Shown: one piece after another, positions 16,281 through 24,340 of the stretch | How positions within the stretch are numbered: the stretch's first letter is position 1 | Layout: the number at the start of each line of letters is the position of its first letter | DNA from: a virus | Taxonomy: Duplodnaviria; Caudoviricetes | IMG/VR virus record: IMGVR_UViG_3300048574_000110 | Location: 1 to 29,644 of that record | Reading direction: 5' to 3' (one strand) | Length of the DNA stretch: 29,644 nucleotides | The notes under the pieces: generated by a model | Told to the model about the DNA's origin: nothing | Database searches by the model: none | What the model saw: the letters and a program-made list of their open reading frames with translations, nothing else | Translations under genes and position numbers: made by a program

Positions 16281-16993
16281 GCGCTCTCGCAACAATCACT
16301 CAAACGCCCGTCGCTATCACGCCAATGGAGATGTTGAACTCCGCCATTACCCGCGGTGACAGCCTCGACAAGCTCGAACGTCTCATGGATCTAAATGATC
16401 GGTGGGAGAAAGCACAAGCCAAGAAGGCATTCATCGAAGCCAAGGCCGCGTTCAAGGCGTCCGCTCCGGTGATCACGAAGGACAAAACGAACAATCAATA
16501 TAATTCCAGATACGCGTCGATCGGGAGCGTCGTCAACGCCGTCAATGAGGCGCTGAGCAAACATGGTCTGGACGCCGACTGGCAGTTTGATCAGTCGAAC
16601 GGCATCCGCGTCACCTGCATCCTAACGCATGTCGCTGGTCATTCGGAAAGCGTCTCTCTCGTCGGAACTCCGGATACATCGGGCGCGAAGAACCCGCTAC
16701 AGCAAATCAAATCGACGCTGACCTATTTGAAGCTCGCGACGTTCGAGGCGGTCACCGGCATTGCCACAAAGGAAGGCAATCGTGATGACGACGGCAACGC
16801 ATCTGGCGTGGCTTCATTTATCAGCGATGAGCAGGTCGAAGAACTGACCGCACTGATCACCGAGACAAAGACCGACATCGCCAAATTCCTCGAGATCGGC
16901 AAGGTCGAAAGTCTCTCCGATATTACCACCGCAGATTTCGGGAAGGCGAAAGCCCTTCTTCTCTCCAAAAAGAAGAAGGACGTTTCCAAATGA
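16277..16993 (+). CDS. erf: ERF-family single-strand annealing protein
   Basis: YASIGSVVNAVNEALSKHGL..LTHVAGHSES..QQIKSTLTYLK..GIAT..DDDGN. Confidence 0.9.
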   Translation: MSALATITQTPVAITPMEMLNSAITRGDSLDKLERLMDLNDRWEKAQAKKAFIEAKAAFKASAPVITKDKTNNQYNSRYASIGSVVNAVNEALSKHGLDADWQFDQSNGIRVTCILTHVAGHSESVSLVGTPDTSGAKNPLQQIKSTLTYLKLATFEAVTGIATKEGNRDDDGNASGVASFISDEQVEELTALITETKTDIAKFLEIGKVESLSDITTADFGKAKALLLSKKKKDVSK

Positions 16994-17634
16994 AAGTCAT
17001 CGACTGCGAACAGAATAGTGCGGAATGGCTGGCGGCGCGCTGCGGAAGCCTTGGCGCTTCGAGCATTGCCGATATGGTCGCCAAGACGCGAACAGGCTGG
17101 GGCGCATCGCGGTTCAACCTCGCTGCCAAGCTCGTTTGCGAACGCCTGACCGGAACGCCGCAAGAGTCCTACACGAACGCTGCGATGCAGTGGGGACACG
17201 ATACCGAGCCGCAGGCGCGCGCAATGTATGAATTCATGCGCGACATTGCCGTTCAGCAAGTTGGCCTCGTCCTGCATCCGTCCATCAACAAGAGCCACGC
17301 ATCGCCGGACGGTCTGGTTGGCGATGACGGCCTCATCGAAATCAAATGCCCCAACACCGCGACGCACATTGAAACGCTGCTGAGCGAGGATGTGGAAGGC
17401 AAATACGTCAAGCAGATGCAGTGGCAGATGGCCTGCTGCGGTCGGGCGTGGTGCGACTTCGTTTCCTTCGACCCGCGTCTGCCGGCCGAAATGCAAATCT
17501 TCGTGCAGCGCGTTCGCCGCGATGACGAATTCATCGCTGAGTTGGAGCGCGAGGCCCGGTTGTTCCTTGCGGAGATCGACAAAACGATCGCGACGCTTTC
17601 GGACAAATACCTAAGTCGCGAGGCCGCCGAATGA
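16990..17634 (+). CDS. YqaJ/lambda-exonuclease family nuclease
   Basis: QNSAEWLAARCG..AMQWGHDTEPQAR..ASPDGLV..IEIKCP..QMQWQM. Confidence 0.95.
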   Translation: MKVIDCEQNSAEWLAARCGSLGASSIADMVAKTRTGWGASRFNLAAKLVCERLTGTPQESYTNAAMQWGHDTEPQARAMYEFMRDIAVQQVGLVLHPSINKSHASPDGLVGDDGLIEIKCPNTATHIETLLSEDVEGKYVKQMQWQMACCGRAWCDFVSFDPRLPAEMQIFVQRVRRDDEFIAELEREARLFLAEIDKTIATLSDKYLSREAAE

Positions 17635-17786
17635 CCGACACAGTAGGCCTCTGGCTCCTGATCCTGATTTATGTTGTCGCTGCGGTTCTGATTTCCAAAT
17701 CGGTTGCGCCTCAGAACGATTCCGAAATCCGACCAAGGATCGTGAAGACGATTGCGGTCAATGTGAATGAGGAAGCAGGGCTCTGA
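17631..17786 (+). CDS. 51-aa single-TM peptide
   Basis: MTDTVGLWLLILIYVVAAVLISK..; coupled on both sides. Confidence 0.55.
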   Translation: MTDTVGLWLLILIYVVAAVLISKSVAPQNDSEIRPRIVKTIAVNVNEEAGL

Positions 17787-18247
17787 TGTCCCTTCACGAT
17801 CACCAGTATGGGAACTGGAAGCCCAAGCGCATCGAGCGCTTGAAGGAAAAGAACCGCGACAAGCACGATGACCGTGACGGAAACGACAGCAACCACCTTG
17901 CAGCGCTCCGGAAGTGCCCTTGTATCGTGACGTTGCGCGTCCCGGCTGGCGAGGCCCACCACCTCAAGTCCTTGGGCGCCGGGAAAGAACGTGGAGTCGG
18001 CCGCCGCGCGTCCGATCGCTGGGCCGTTCCGCTCTCTCGCAATCCCCATAACGCAGTCGAGGCTGTTGGCTCTCGTAATGAGCTTCGCTGGTTTGCTGAA
18101 AATGGCGTTGAAGACCCTCACGAACTTGCGGCGACGCTTTGGGCCGTTCGGCCGTCCAATGGTTCCGAGAAGGCAATCAAAGCTGCAACAGAAGCAATGA
18201 CGAAAATCATCATTGCTCATCACGCATCAAAGAAAGCAAGATCATGA
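17786..18247 (+). CDS. DUF968/Ref-like HNH-fold nuclease
   Basis: HLAALRKCPCIV..EAHHL..GVGRRASDRWAVPL..H. Confidence 0.75.
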   Translation: MSLHDHQYGNWKPKRIERLKEKNRDKHDDRDGNDSNHLAALRKCPCIVTLRVPAGEAHHLKSLGAGKERGVGRRASDRWAVPLSRNPHNAVEAVGSRNELRWFAENGVEDPHELAATLWAVRPSNGSEKAIKAATEAMTKIIIAHHASKKARS

Positions 18248-19038
18248 CAACACCCGATAAAGAAGTAATGCCGATAGATAGGACTGCGGGGCCTTGGACA
18301 ACTGATGGTCGTTACATCCGAGCGTCGGAACGAGGCATCGTTTCCGATGTCATCGCGATCGTCGACGGTTGGGGGCGGATGACCAACGAAGCCAATGCAC
18401 AATTCATCGTCACCGCCTGCAACGCCTATGAGCCAATGAGAGAGGCGCTGGCCGCCACGACGGTAGAGGTCGAGCGTGACCTTGCCGATTTCCTCAGTAG
18501 CGTTTGCGTTGTTAGGGACGAAGGCCCTGACCGATCCACACTGGACCCGGAAGACGCCGAGGAAGTCGCACGCCTCGAATGTATTATTTGGCGTGCCCGC
18601 ACCGCTCTCTCCACCCTCCCTGTAAACGAACGGCCTCATTCAGGAAGTGATAACGAGCGCAATTTTGAGAACGTGCGTGATGCCTGGAAAATTATCTGGG
18701 AGCGCGAAGCAGAGATCGCGCGCTTAAGTAGATCGCTGAGCGAGCTTGAGGCGCATCACGTAGAACAAAACCGTCTTAAGCGCCGCAGCGAAGCTGACAG
18801 CAAAACGCTACGCATCATTCGCGCCGCTCTCTATGGCACCGACCGGCAGACATCAGCTGATGTCGAGAGATTGCGGGAAGCGTTGAAAAGCCTGACCGCC
18901 AACGTCGGACGTTTACGTGACGTGTTGGGCGACGACACAATGATGTCTTCGTGGCGAGAAGCCCGTGCCGCTCTTAAAGGCATGCCTAAGCCTGCAAGCG
19001 AAGCGGGGAATCTCAGCACTGACGAGGTGGCGAAATGA
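18244..19038 (+). CDS. Mosaic early hypothetical protein (Ead/Ea22-like segments)
   Basis: GPWTTDG..ANAQFIVTACNAYEPMREAL, VERLREALK..EARAAL. Confidence 0.65.
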   Translation: MTTPDKEVMPIDRTAGPWTTDGRYIRASERGIVSDVIAIVDGWGRMTNEANAQFIVTACNAYEPMREALAATTVEVERDLADFLSSVCVVRDEGPDRSTLDPEDAEEVARLECIIWRARTALSTLPVNERPHSGSDNERNFENVRDAWKIIWEREAEIARLSRSLSELEAHHVEQNRLKRRSEADSKTLRIIRAALYGTDRQTSADVERLREALKSLTANVGRLRDVLGDDTMMSSWREARAALKGMPKPASEAGNLSTDEVAK

Positions 19039-19577
19039 TTATTCGCCCTGTTCGGTACGAAGAAGTTGTTCGCCATCGCAATGCGGGAAAGGTGCGCGCG
19101 AGCTACCGCATCGTTGATGCGCGTGGCGTGTACGTTGCGTCAGTTGTCGCGGGCTGGGGAACTTCGGACGAACTTCGTGAGATGCGAGCGCAAGAAATCG
19201 TCGCTCTAATAAACGGAAGCTCGAAACCCCGCGCTGCTCTAAGCGCCCCCTCTACAGATGCAAAGGTGGGGGGGATGAGGCGATCTGATGTCGAGATTGA
19301 ACGACTTCGCCGCATCAATGTGGCAGCTTGGGCATACGCCTACGAAGTCGAAAATGATCCACTCGTCGATGACAGTATTTTCGATGCTGAGGCAAAGCTA
19401 ATTCGGCCGGAGTTGTCGACCGGTCACGACGTTCTGGACCAATTCTTTCTAACTGAATTCAGTCCTCACACCGGAATGTGGGTCCACAAGCACCCAGAGA
19501 AGCACAAGCTCGCACACATGTGCGCTACCAGAAGGGCTCGATCGCGCGCCCCCTCTACAGAAAAGGGGCGGGGATGA
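19035..19577 (+). CDS. Two-part ORF; C-terminal part (from ATG 19275) resembles a stand-alone NAD+-ligase subdomain Ia (Nlig-Ia)
   Basis: ERLRRINVAAWAYAYEVENDPLVDDSIFD resembles the LigA Ia Y(Y)xxDxPxxxDxxYD motif; FSPHTGMWV. Confidence 0.65.
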   Translation: MIIRPVRYEEVVRHRNAGKVRASYRIVDARGVYVASVVAGWGTSDELREMRAQEIVALINGSSKPRAALSAPSTDAKVGGMRRSDVEIERLRRINVAAWAYAYEVENDPLVDDSIFDAEAKLIRPELSTGHDVLDQFFLTEFSPHTGMWVHKHPEKHKLAHMCATRRARSRAPSTEKGRG

Positions 19578-20017
19578 CGCTCGAACTCGTTCGCATCGGA
19601 TTGGACGAAGCAAATGCTTTCGTCTCCGCGCATCATCGGCATCATCGGCCAGTCGTGGGTCACTTATTCTCGCTAGGCGCGGCCGTGGCGGGGAAAATTG
19701 TTGGCGTCGCGATCGTTGGCCGTCCCGTCTCTCGTCATCGTGATGACGGCGAGACGGCCGAAGTAACGCGTCTTTGCACCGATGGCACGAAGAACGCTTG
19801 CTCCTTTCTATACGGCGCGTGCGCCCGAGCTGCTTTCGCACTCGGCTTCAAGAGGATCGGGACTTACATCCTCGCAAGCGAACCCGGCACGTCTCTTACC
19901 GCGTGCGGCTGGCGACAAATCGGAGAAACGAAAGGCGGCAGTTGGTCGAGAGGTCAGCGACCTCGCGTCGACACGCATCCGTTGCAGAGCAAAATGCTTT
20001 GGGAGACGACCGTATGA
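19574..20017 (+). CDS. XF1762-family GNAT-fold (Mom-related) protein
   Basis: EANAFVSAHHRHH..GVAIVGRPVSR..DDG.TAEVTRLCTDGTKNACSFLYGA..TYILASEPGTSL..GW. Confidence 0.85.
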   Translation: MTLELVRIGLDEANAFVSAHHRHHRPVVGHLFSLGAAVAGKIVGVAIVGRPVSRHRDDGETAEVTRLCTDGTKNACSFLYGACARAAFALGFKRIGTYILASEPGTSLTACGWRQIGETKGGSWSRGQRPRVDTHPLQSKMLWETTV

Positions 20018-20184
20018 GCCGCTGTGAAGCCTGCAACAAACCGCATGTTCCTGTTAACGACCATGAGCCGCCGTGGTGCATCTGCGGCCTCGATCATGGT
20101 TGCTGTTGGCCTAACTGTCCGCGTGACACGGTTTGTACGTGCGCAACCGATGAAGCCCCCTCTACTAATGGAGCGGTGAAGTGA
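20014..20184 (+). CDS. Small Cys-rich protein
   Basis: Nine Cys in 56 aa; coupled. Confidence 0.5.
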   Translation: MSRCEACNKPHVPVNDHEPPWCICGLDHGCCWPNCPRDTVCTCATDEAPSTNGAVK

Positions 20185-20624
20185 GCGAGACACCTAATCA
20201 AGATGACTGTCGTGGGACGCTTGTTCGTGGTTCAGACGGGGTTCTATTTTGCCCAGACTGCGGTTGGCGCATTGAGCCTGGATCACCAAAGTATCGCACG
20301 CCCAAGCCGACTGCGCTCGAAACCAAAGACGCCGAGATCGCGTCCCTTCGCGCTCAACTCGATGAGGCGCGGGCGCGGGTAAAAACGTTTGAAATGGCAA
20401 TTGCACAGCTTCCGGAGATGCCAGCAATAATGGACGAACGGGCCGCCCGACGCAGGGCGATAGAAGATGCTGCAAACGTCGTCGCACGTAGCGTCTTCCC
20501 ACTTCCAACCGATGCCGAGATCGCGCGGGATGGTGGCGGCATTGCTGTTATGCGAGCCGCTGCGATGGCGCGTGACGCCATAGAACAGCAAATCCGCGCC
20601 CTTCTTTCGGAGAGCAAGTCATGA
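20181..20624 (+). CDS. Hypothetical Zn-ribbon + coiled-coil protein
   Basis: FCPDCGW; KDAEIASLRAQL. Confidence 0.6.
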   Translation: MSETPNQDDCRGTLVRGSDGVLFCPDCGWRIEPGSPKYRTPKPTALETKDAEIASLRAQLDEARARVKTFEMAIAQLPEMPAIMDERAARRRAIEDAANVVARSVFPLPTDAEIARDGGGIAVMRAAAMARDAIEQQIRALLSESKS

Positions 20625-20863
20625 GCGAGAACGGCTTAATGGATGGTCGCCTTGCTGCATGGAAGACTGTTGTTGCTGAGCAGGCCGCCCGTGTAGCAGA
20701 GCTTGAAAAGGCGCTGAAGGATGCGCAGCAAACAATGCGCAACGCGTGGGGTGCCGTTACGACAAACCAGATAGCCGATAAGGGCGTCGCTGAAATGTTG
20801 AAAGACGGCGTCCGACGCGCCCGCACCACTCTTGAAGCATCTGAACGTGGAGAAAACGAATAG
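20621..20863 (+). CDS. Hypothetical protein
   Basis: Coupled ORF, RVAELEKALK. Confidence 0.6.
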   Translation: MSENGLMDGRLAAWKTVVAEQAARVAELEKALKDAQQTMRNAWGAVTTNQIADKGVAEMLKDGVRRARTTLEASERGENE

Positions 20864-20865
20864 CC

Positions 20866-21480
20866 ATGCCGACCGGATACACAGCGCCCGTTCAAGACGG
20901 AAAAGTTACCGAATTTCGCGACTTCGCAATGCTGTGCGCACGCGCGTTTGGTGCTCTGATTGAGATGCGTGACGATTCAATTGACGCGCCAATCCCCGAT
21001 GAGTTCCAGCCCAGCGACTACTACGCCAAGAACGTGGCAAAGGCTCAACATGAAATCGACAGACTGCTGGCGATGGCCGACGCCGACAAGTCGGTAGCTG
21101 CCCAAAAAGCATTCGAGGATGCTGCCGCCTCTTGGGATGCCTACGAAGCACGGAAAGCACAGAGCGTCGCACGCTATGAAGCGATGCTTGCTCAAGTAAA
21201 GAGCTGGTCGCCGCCAACTGCGGATCACGCCGGGCTGAAAGATTTCATGACCAAACAGCTTAGCGAAAGCATCGAATTTGACGGCAGCCCGTCATACACA
21301 CCGCGCCCGACATTACAGCAAACAGACGTGTGGTTTTCAGAGGCGCTGAAGGACGCCAAAGACGATCTCGACCGCGCCACCAAGGGCCACGCCGACGAAA
21401 TCAAGCGCGTGAGCAACCGCAATCAATGGCTTCGCGATCTTCGAGCGTCGTTGGCATCTGAACGTGGGGGTGGGGAGTGA
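20866..21480 (+). CDS. Conserved phage hypothetical protein
   Basis: MPTGYTA..FRDFAMLCARAFGALIEMRD..WSPPTADH.GLKDFM.KQL family pattern. Confidence 0.8.
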   Translation: MPTGYTAPVQDGKVTEFRDFAMLCARAFGALIEMRDDSIDAPIPDEFQPSDYYAKNVAKAQHEIDRLLAMADADKSVAAQKAFEDAAASWDAYEARKAQSVARYEAMLAQVKSWSPPTADHAGLKDFMTKQLSESIEFDGSPSYTPRPTLQQTDVWFSEALKDAKDDLDRATKGHADEIKRVSNRNQWLRDLRASLASERGGGE

Positions 21481-21611
21481 CCGAGGTTTGCAATTTTGAT
21501 CAGGCAGGCAATTACGCCTGGGCAATCGCCGTTATCGGCGTCGCGTTTGCGATTGCGTGGGTGCGTGTTGAGCGCTGGCGCGCCGTGGGAGACAAAACCA
21601 ATGGACTTTGA
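21477..21611 (+). CDS. Small TM peptide
   Basis: GTG start, YAWAIAVIGVAFAIAWV. Confidence 0.45.
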   Translation: MTEVCNFDQAGNYAWAIAVIGVAFAIAWVRVERWRAVGDKTNGL

Positions 21612-21679
21612 ATCCCTCCGCTCCCTACAGGCAAGGATACGTGAGGCGAAGGGGGCTGATAGAGAACTGGAGGTCGAAC

Positions 21680-22429
21680 GTGTCGCGAAGTCGTGAGTTT
21701 CAAAACCTTTCATTCCTGGAGCGGTTCGATCGCTCCCACACGCCAGAACCGAATAGCGGATGCTGGATATGGACTGGATGCATAGACAGCAGATCATATG
21801 GAGTTATATGGCGGCAGGGGAAGCAGATGCTCGCCCATCGAGCATCTTGGCTAGAATTCCGGGGCGAGATTGGTGGGCTTTTCGTTTGCCATCACTGCGA
21901 CAACCCTCTCTGCGTGAACCCAAGCCACCTCTTTCTCGGCACACACACGGACAATATGCGCGATGCCAAACGAAAAGGACGAACGAGATCCAACGGATTG
22001 AGCGGAGACAGACATTGGATGCGCGTCCGGCCAGACCTAATTAAGCGCGGTGCCGACGCGAAGAAATCAAAGCTCAACATTGAGCAGGTTCACGAGGTTC
22101 GAAATCGTCGGGAGGCGGGAGAAGCGCCTTCTGACCTAGCGAAGCAATTCAATGTCTCAACCGACGTGATACACCGCTGCGTATCAGGGACGCGATACGG
22201 ACTGGCACCACTTAATGTGCCGTCCATTCGGATCGCACGTCTGCCTCGTGGTGAGCGCCACCCTCGATCAAAGTTGACCGATGATCAACGCGTTTCAATT
22301 CTAACCGACCCAAGGCCATCGGGCCATCTCGCTAAGATATATGGGTTGAACCCGTCGAGCATTGCTCGCATCCGCGCGAAAGGCCGTTCGGCCATTGCCC
22401 AGGAAGAAGCAAAGGAGCGGATGGGATGA
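21680..22429 (+). CDS. HNH homing endonuclease with tandem C-terminal HTH modules
   Basis: SGCWIWTG..AHRASW..VCHHCDNPLCVNPSHLFLGTHTDNMRD; two SKL..LAK repeats; GGAGG then GTG. Confidence 0.92.
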   Translation: MSRSREFQNLSFLERFDRSHTPEPNSGCWIWTGCIDSRSYGVIWRQGKQMLAHRASWLEFRGEIGGLFVCHHCDNPLCVNPSHLFLGTHTDNMRDAKRKGRTRSNGLSGDRHWMRVRPDLIKRGADAKKSKLNIEQVHEVRNRREAGEAPSDLAKQFNVSTDVIHRCVSGTRYGLAPLNVPSIRIARLPRGERHPRSKLTDDQRVSILTDPRPSGHLAKIYGLNPSSIARIRAKGRSAIAQEEAKERMG

Positions 22430-22596
22430 ATTCCTGGATCGATCTACCGCTCTCCGAGCGCATCTTCATGTGGTCATGGTGGGCCAACGTCGTGTTCGTC
22501 ATCGTAGGCTTTTGGGCTGCCTGTCAGATGTTCTCGACAGCGCGTGCATTAGTCAGAAAGCGCTTGGAAGAAGCAAAGGAGAAAGCCGATGTCTGA
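22426..22596 (+). CDS. 56-aa TM peptide (direct-repeat-flanked cassette)
   Basis: MNSWIDLPLSERIFMWSWWANVVFVIVGFWAACQMF..EEAKEKADV; coupled. Confidence 0.6.
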   Translation: MNSWIDLPLSERIFMWSWWANVVFVIVGFWAACQMFSTARALVRKRLEEAKEKADV

Positions 22597-22846
22597 GGAT
22601 TCAAAAACACTGTGGTGCATTCAGATCGTTGGACCTGATGATTGGTATGCAGCCAAGTCACTTACGCACGCCAGAGAAATGGCGGGCAAGATAAACGCGC
22701 AGATTTGTCGGAGCGGCCATGATGATGAAAACGAGCCCAATGTGTGGGCCGTCCCTGGGATTTGGCCGTGGAGTGCCGAGCAGCATGCTCAATCGCTCAA
22801 GGAACTGGACAGCGGTCAAGCAAAGCATACGGAGAAAGCGGGATGA
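22589..22846 (+). CDS. Conserved phage hypothetical protein
   Basis: LWCIQIVGPDDWYAA..WPWSAEQHAQSL. Confidence 0.7.
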   Translation: MSEDSKTLWCIQIVGPDDWYAAKSLTHAREMAGKINAQICRSGHDDENEPNVWAVPGIWPWSAEQHAQSLKELDSGQAKHTEKAG

Positions 22847-23208
22847 CAAACGCGATCGACATTTGTGCGCACTGCGGCGGCCCAAAAGCGATCCGCAACC
22901 CATCCGGAGCGTGTGACCATCTCTATTGGCCTGATTGCCTGTCGTACGAAGCACGGCTTGCAAACGGCTTCGAGCCAACGAGAGATCAGATCATCAAGCG
23001 CCAGCAGCAGGTCATAGACCTACTGATGAAAGCGGTAGAGCCGTTCAAAGAATGCATCGACGGCTTTGATACTGCGGAAGTCGACGACGAAGAGATCCGT
23101 CTCATTCTTCTTGGCTCCGACCTTACACCCAAGGATCTCCGTCGTGCTCGTGAAGCAAAGGTAGAGGCAGAGAAGATATTGAATTCAACACCGAGCACGG
23201 CTCTTTGA
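22843..23208 (+). CDS. Hypothetical protein
   Basis: CAHCGGPKAIRNPSGACDHLYWPD Zn-like N-terminus. Confidence 0.65.
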   Translation: MTNAIDICAHCGGPKAIRNPSGACDHLYWPDCLSYEARLANGFEPTRDQIIKRQQQVIDLLMKAVEPFKECIDGFDTAEVDDEEIRLILLGSDLTPKDLRRAREAKVEAEKILNSTPSTAL

Positions 23209-23423
23209 GAGATTGTGCGATCACCATTTCAGCGGAGGGTCTGATGTTCGAATTTATGATGCGCAGCGACGTTGGCTATGCGCTGGTTGGCCTCCTGATG
23301 GTCTGCGGGTTCGCAACAATTTATTCGATGCACAGGTGGATGGCCCTCGTTGATGAAGAGCTTTCGGATCTGCGGCGACAGGGTGAACGCATTGACGAGC
23401 ATTCGGACAAGAACAGTGGTTGA
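23205..23423 (+). CDS. Small TM protein
   Basis: Hydrophobic VGYALVGLLMVCGFATIY. Confidence 0.45.
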   Translation: MRDCAITISAEGLMFEFMMRSDVGYALVGLLMVCGFATIYSMHRWMALVDEELSDLRRQGERIDEHSDKNSG

Positions 23424-23474
23424 AACCAATTCACTACACCACTCACATCCAGGACTTAAGAGGGAGAGGGAAGA

Positions 23475-23741
23475 ATGACAAAACAGAACCCATTTTATTC
23501 AGGCATGCAGAGCATGGCTCCCGGTGCGACTCCTCTTTGTGGTGAGGTTCGAACTGCGGAAGGGGACAAGGTCGCCTTGTTGGAAGCAGAGATAAAGCAC
23601 CTTCGAGACGGGCTTTCTATTCTTGCTGATCCCAACAGCTTCAAAGGCGATGACGGTTCCATAACGGTGAGGACCAGCAACTTTGCGGAACAGATATTGG
23701 CAAGATCACCGATGCGGTTGCTTAAGAGGGAGAGGGAGTAA
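23475..23741 (+). CDS. Hypothetical protein (direct-repeat-flanked cassette)
   Basis: Strong RBS; bracketed by CTTAAGAGGGAGAGGGA. Confidence 0.65.
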   Translation: MTKQNPFYSGMQSMAPGATPLCGEVRTAEGDKVALLEAEIKHLRDGLSILADPNSFKGDDGSITVRTSNFAEQILARSPMRLLKRERE

Positions 23742-23981
23742 ATGGACGAATTCGAAATCAGCGCCAGGAAGACCGAGGGCGGAATCGGAAGCGATGCTTG
23801 GACCGCTTCATTTAAAACGCGCCATGGCTTTAGCGACGTTCATGCCACGGCGAGAGGCGCAACCCGCGCTGAGGCACGATGGAAGCTCTCGTTCGAACTC
23901 ACCGAACTATCCCGTCAGATCAACTCCGCGCTGGAAGACCTTTCCGAACAGCCCAGGGTTATCAGGAAAGTCGCCGGATGA
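23742..23981 (+). CDS. Hypothetical protein
   Basis: GGAG RBS; HicB-like ATARGATRAEA segment (weak). Confidence 0.55.
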   Translation: MDEFEISARKTEGGIGSDAWTASFKTRHGFSDVHATARGATRAEARWKLSFELTELSRQINSALEDLSEQPRVIRKVAG

Positions 23982-24016
23982 AATTCAAGCCCGAGAGGGA
24001 GAAGGAGTAAGGGGAG

Positions 24017-24340
24017 ATGTGGCCCGACTACTGCAAGAAAGAGACGCTAGCCCGGCGCCTTGATCTCGAGATCGGGGCCGTCGACCAGTACGTCAAACGG
24101 GGGCTCCTCCCGTCACCTCACAAAGTTGGGGAAGCTTTGCTTTTTTGCTGGCAGGAAGTGGATTCTTATCTGAGGGGCGGCAACACTGCCGAATCTGAGC
24201 ATGTTGATCCTTACGACGCCGGAGCACGCCGTGCCGCCGAAGCTGCCGCCTCACGTCGTCCAGGTCCGAAACAAAGTCGGACGGCCCTATCTGTATCTGA
24301 TGAAGTACAGGGGCACGCCGCGGGCCGAGAAGGCCATTAG
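24017..24340 (+). CDS. xis: Excisionase/AlpA-like HTH protein
   Basis: KETLARRLDL..VDQYVKRGLLPSPHKVG..WQEVDSYL; directly upstream of int. Confidence 0.75.
   Translation: MWPDYCKKETLARRLDLEIGAVDQYVKRGLLPSPHKVGEALLFCWQEVDSYLRGGNTAESEHVDPYDAGARRAAEAAASRRPGPKQSRTALSVSDEVQGHAAGREGH

Noticed and set aside
8309-17634. Many genes ending in EAA/EAAE
   Set aside because: Explained by a GAGG RBS embedded in coupled stop/start junctions; not counted as cassette repeats except for the exact 14-bp pair
14663-20630. Shorter junction repeats AGCCCGTG (14663/14901) and TGAGCGAGA (20182/20622)
   Set aside because: At 8-9 bp they are too short to separate from chance, though they could be decayed cassette repeats
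14442-24010. Classical integron or IS-mediated insertions
   Set aside because: No shared attC palindromes, terminal inverted repeats or transposase; the integrase looks like a phage tRNA-targeting type
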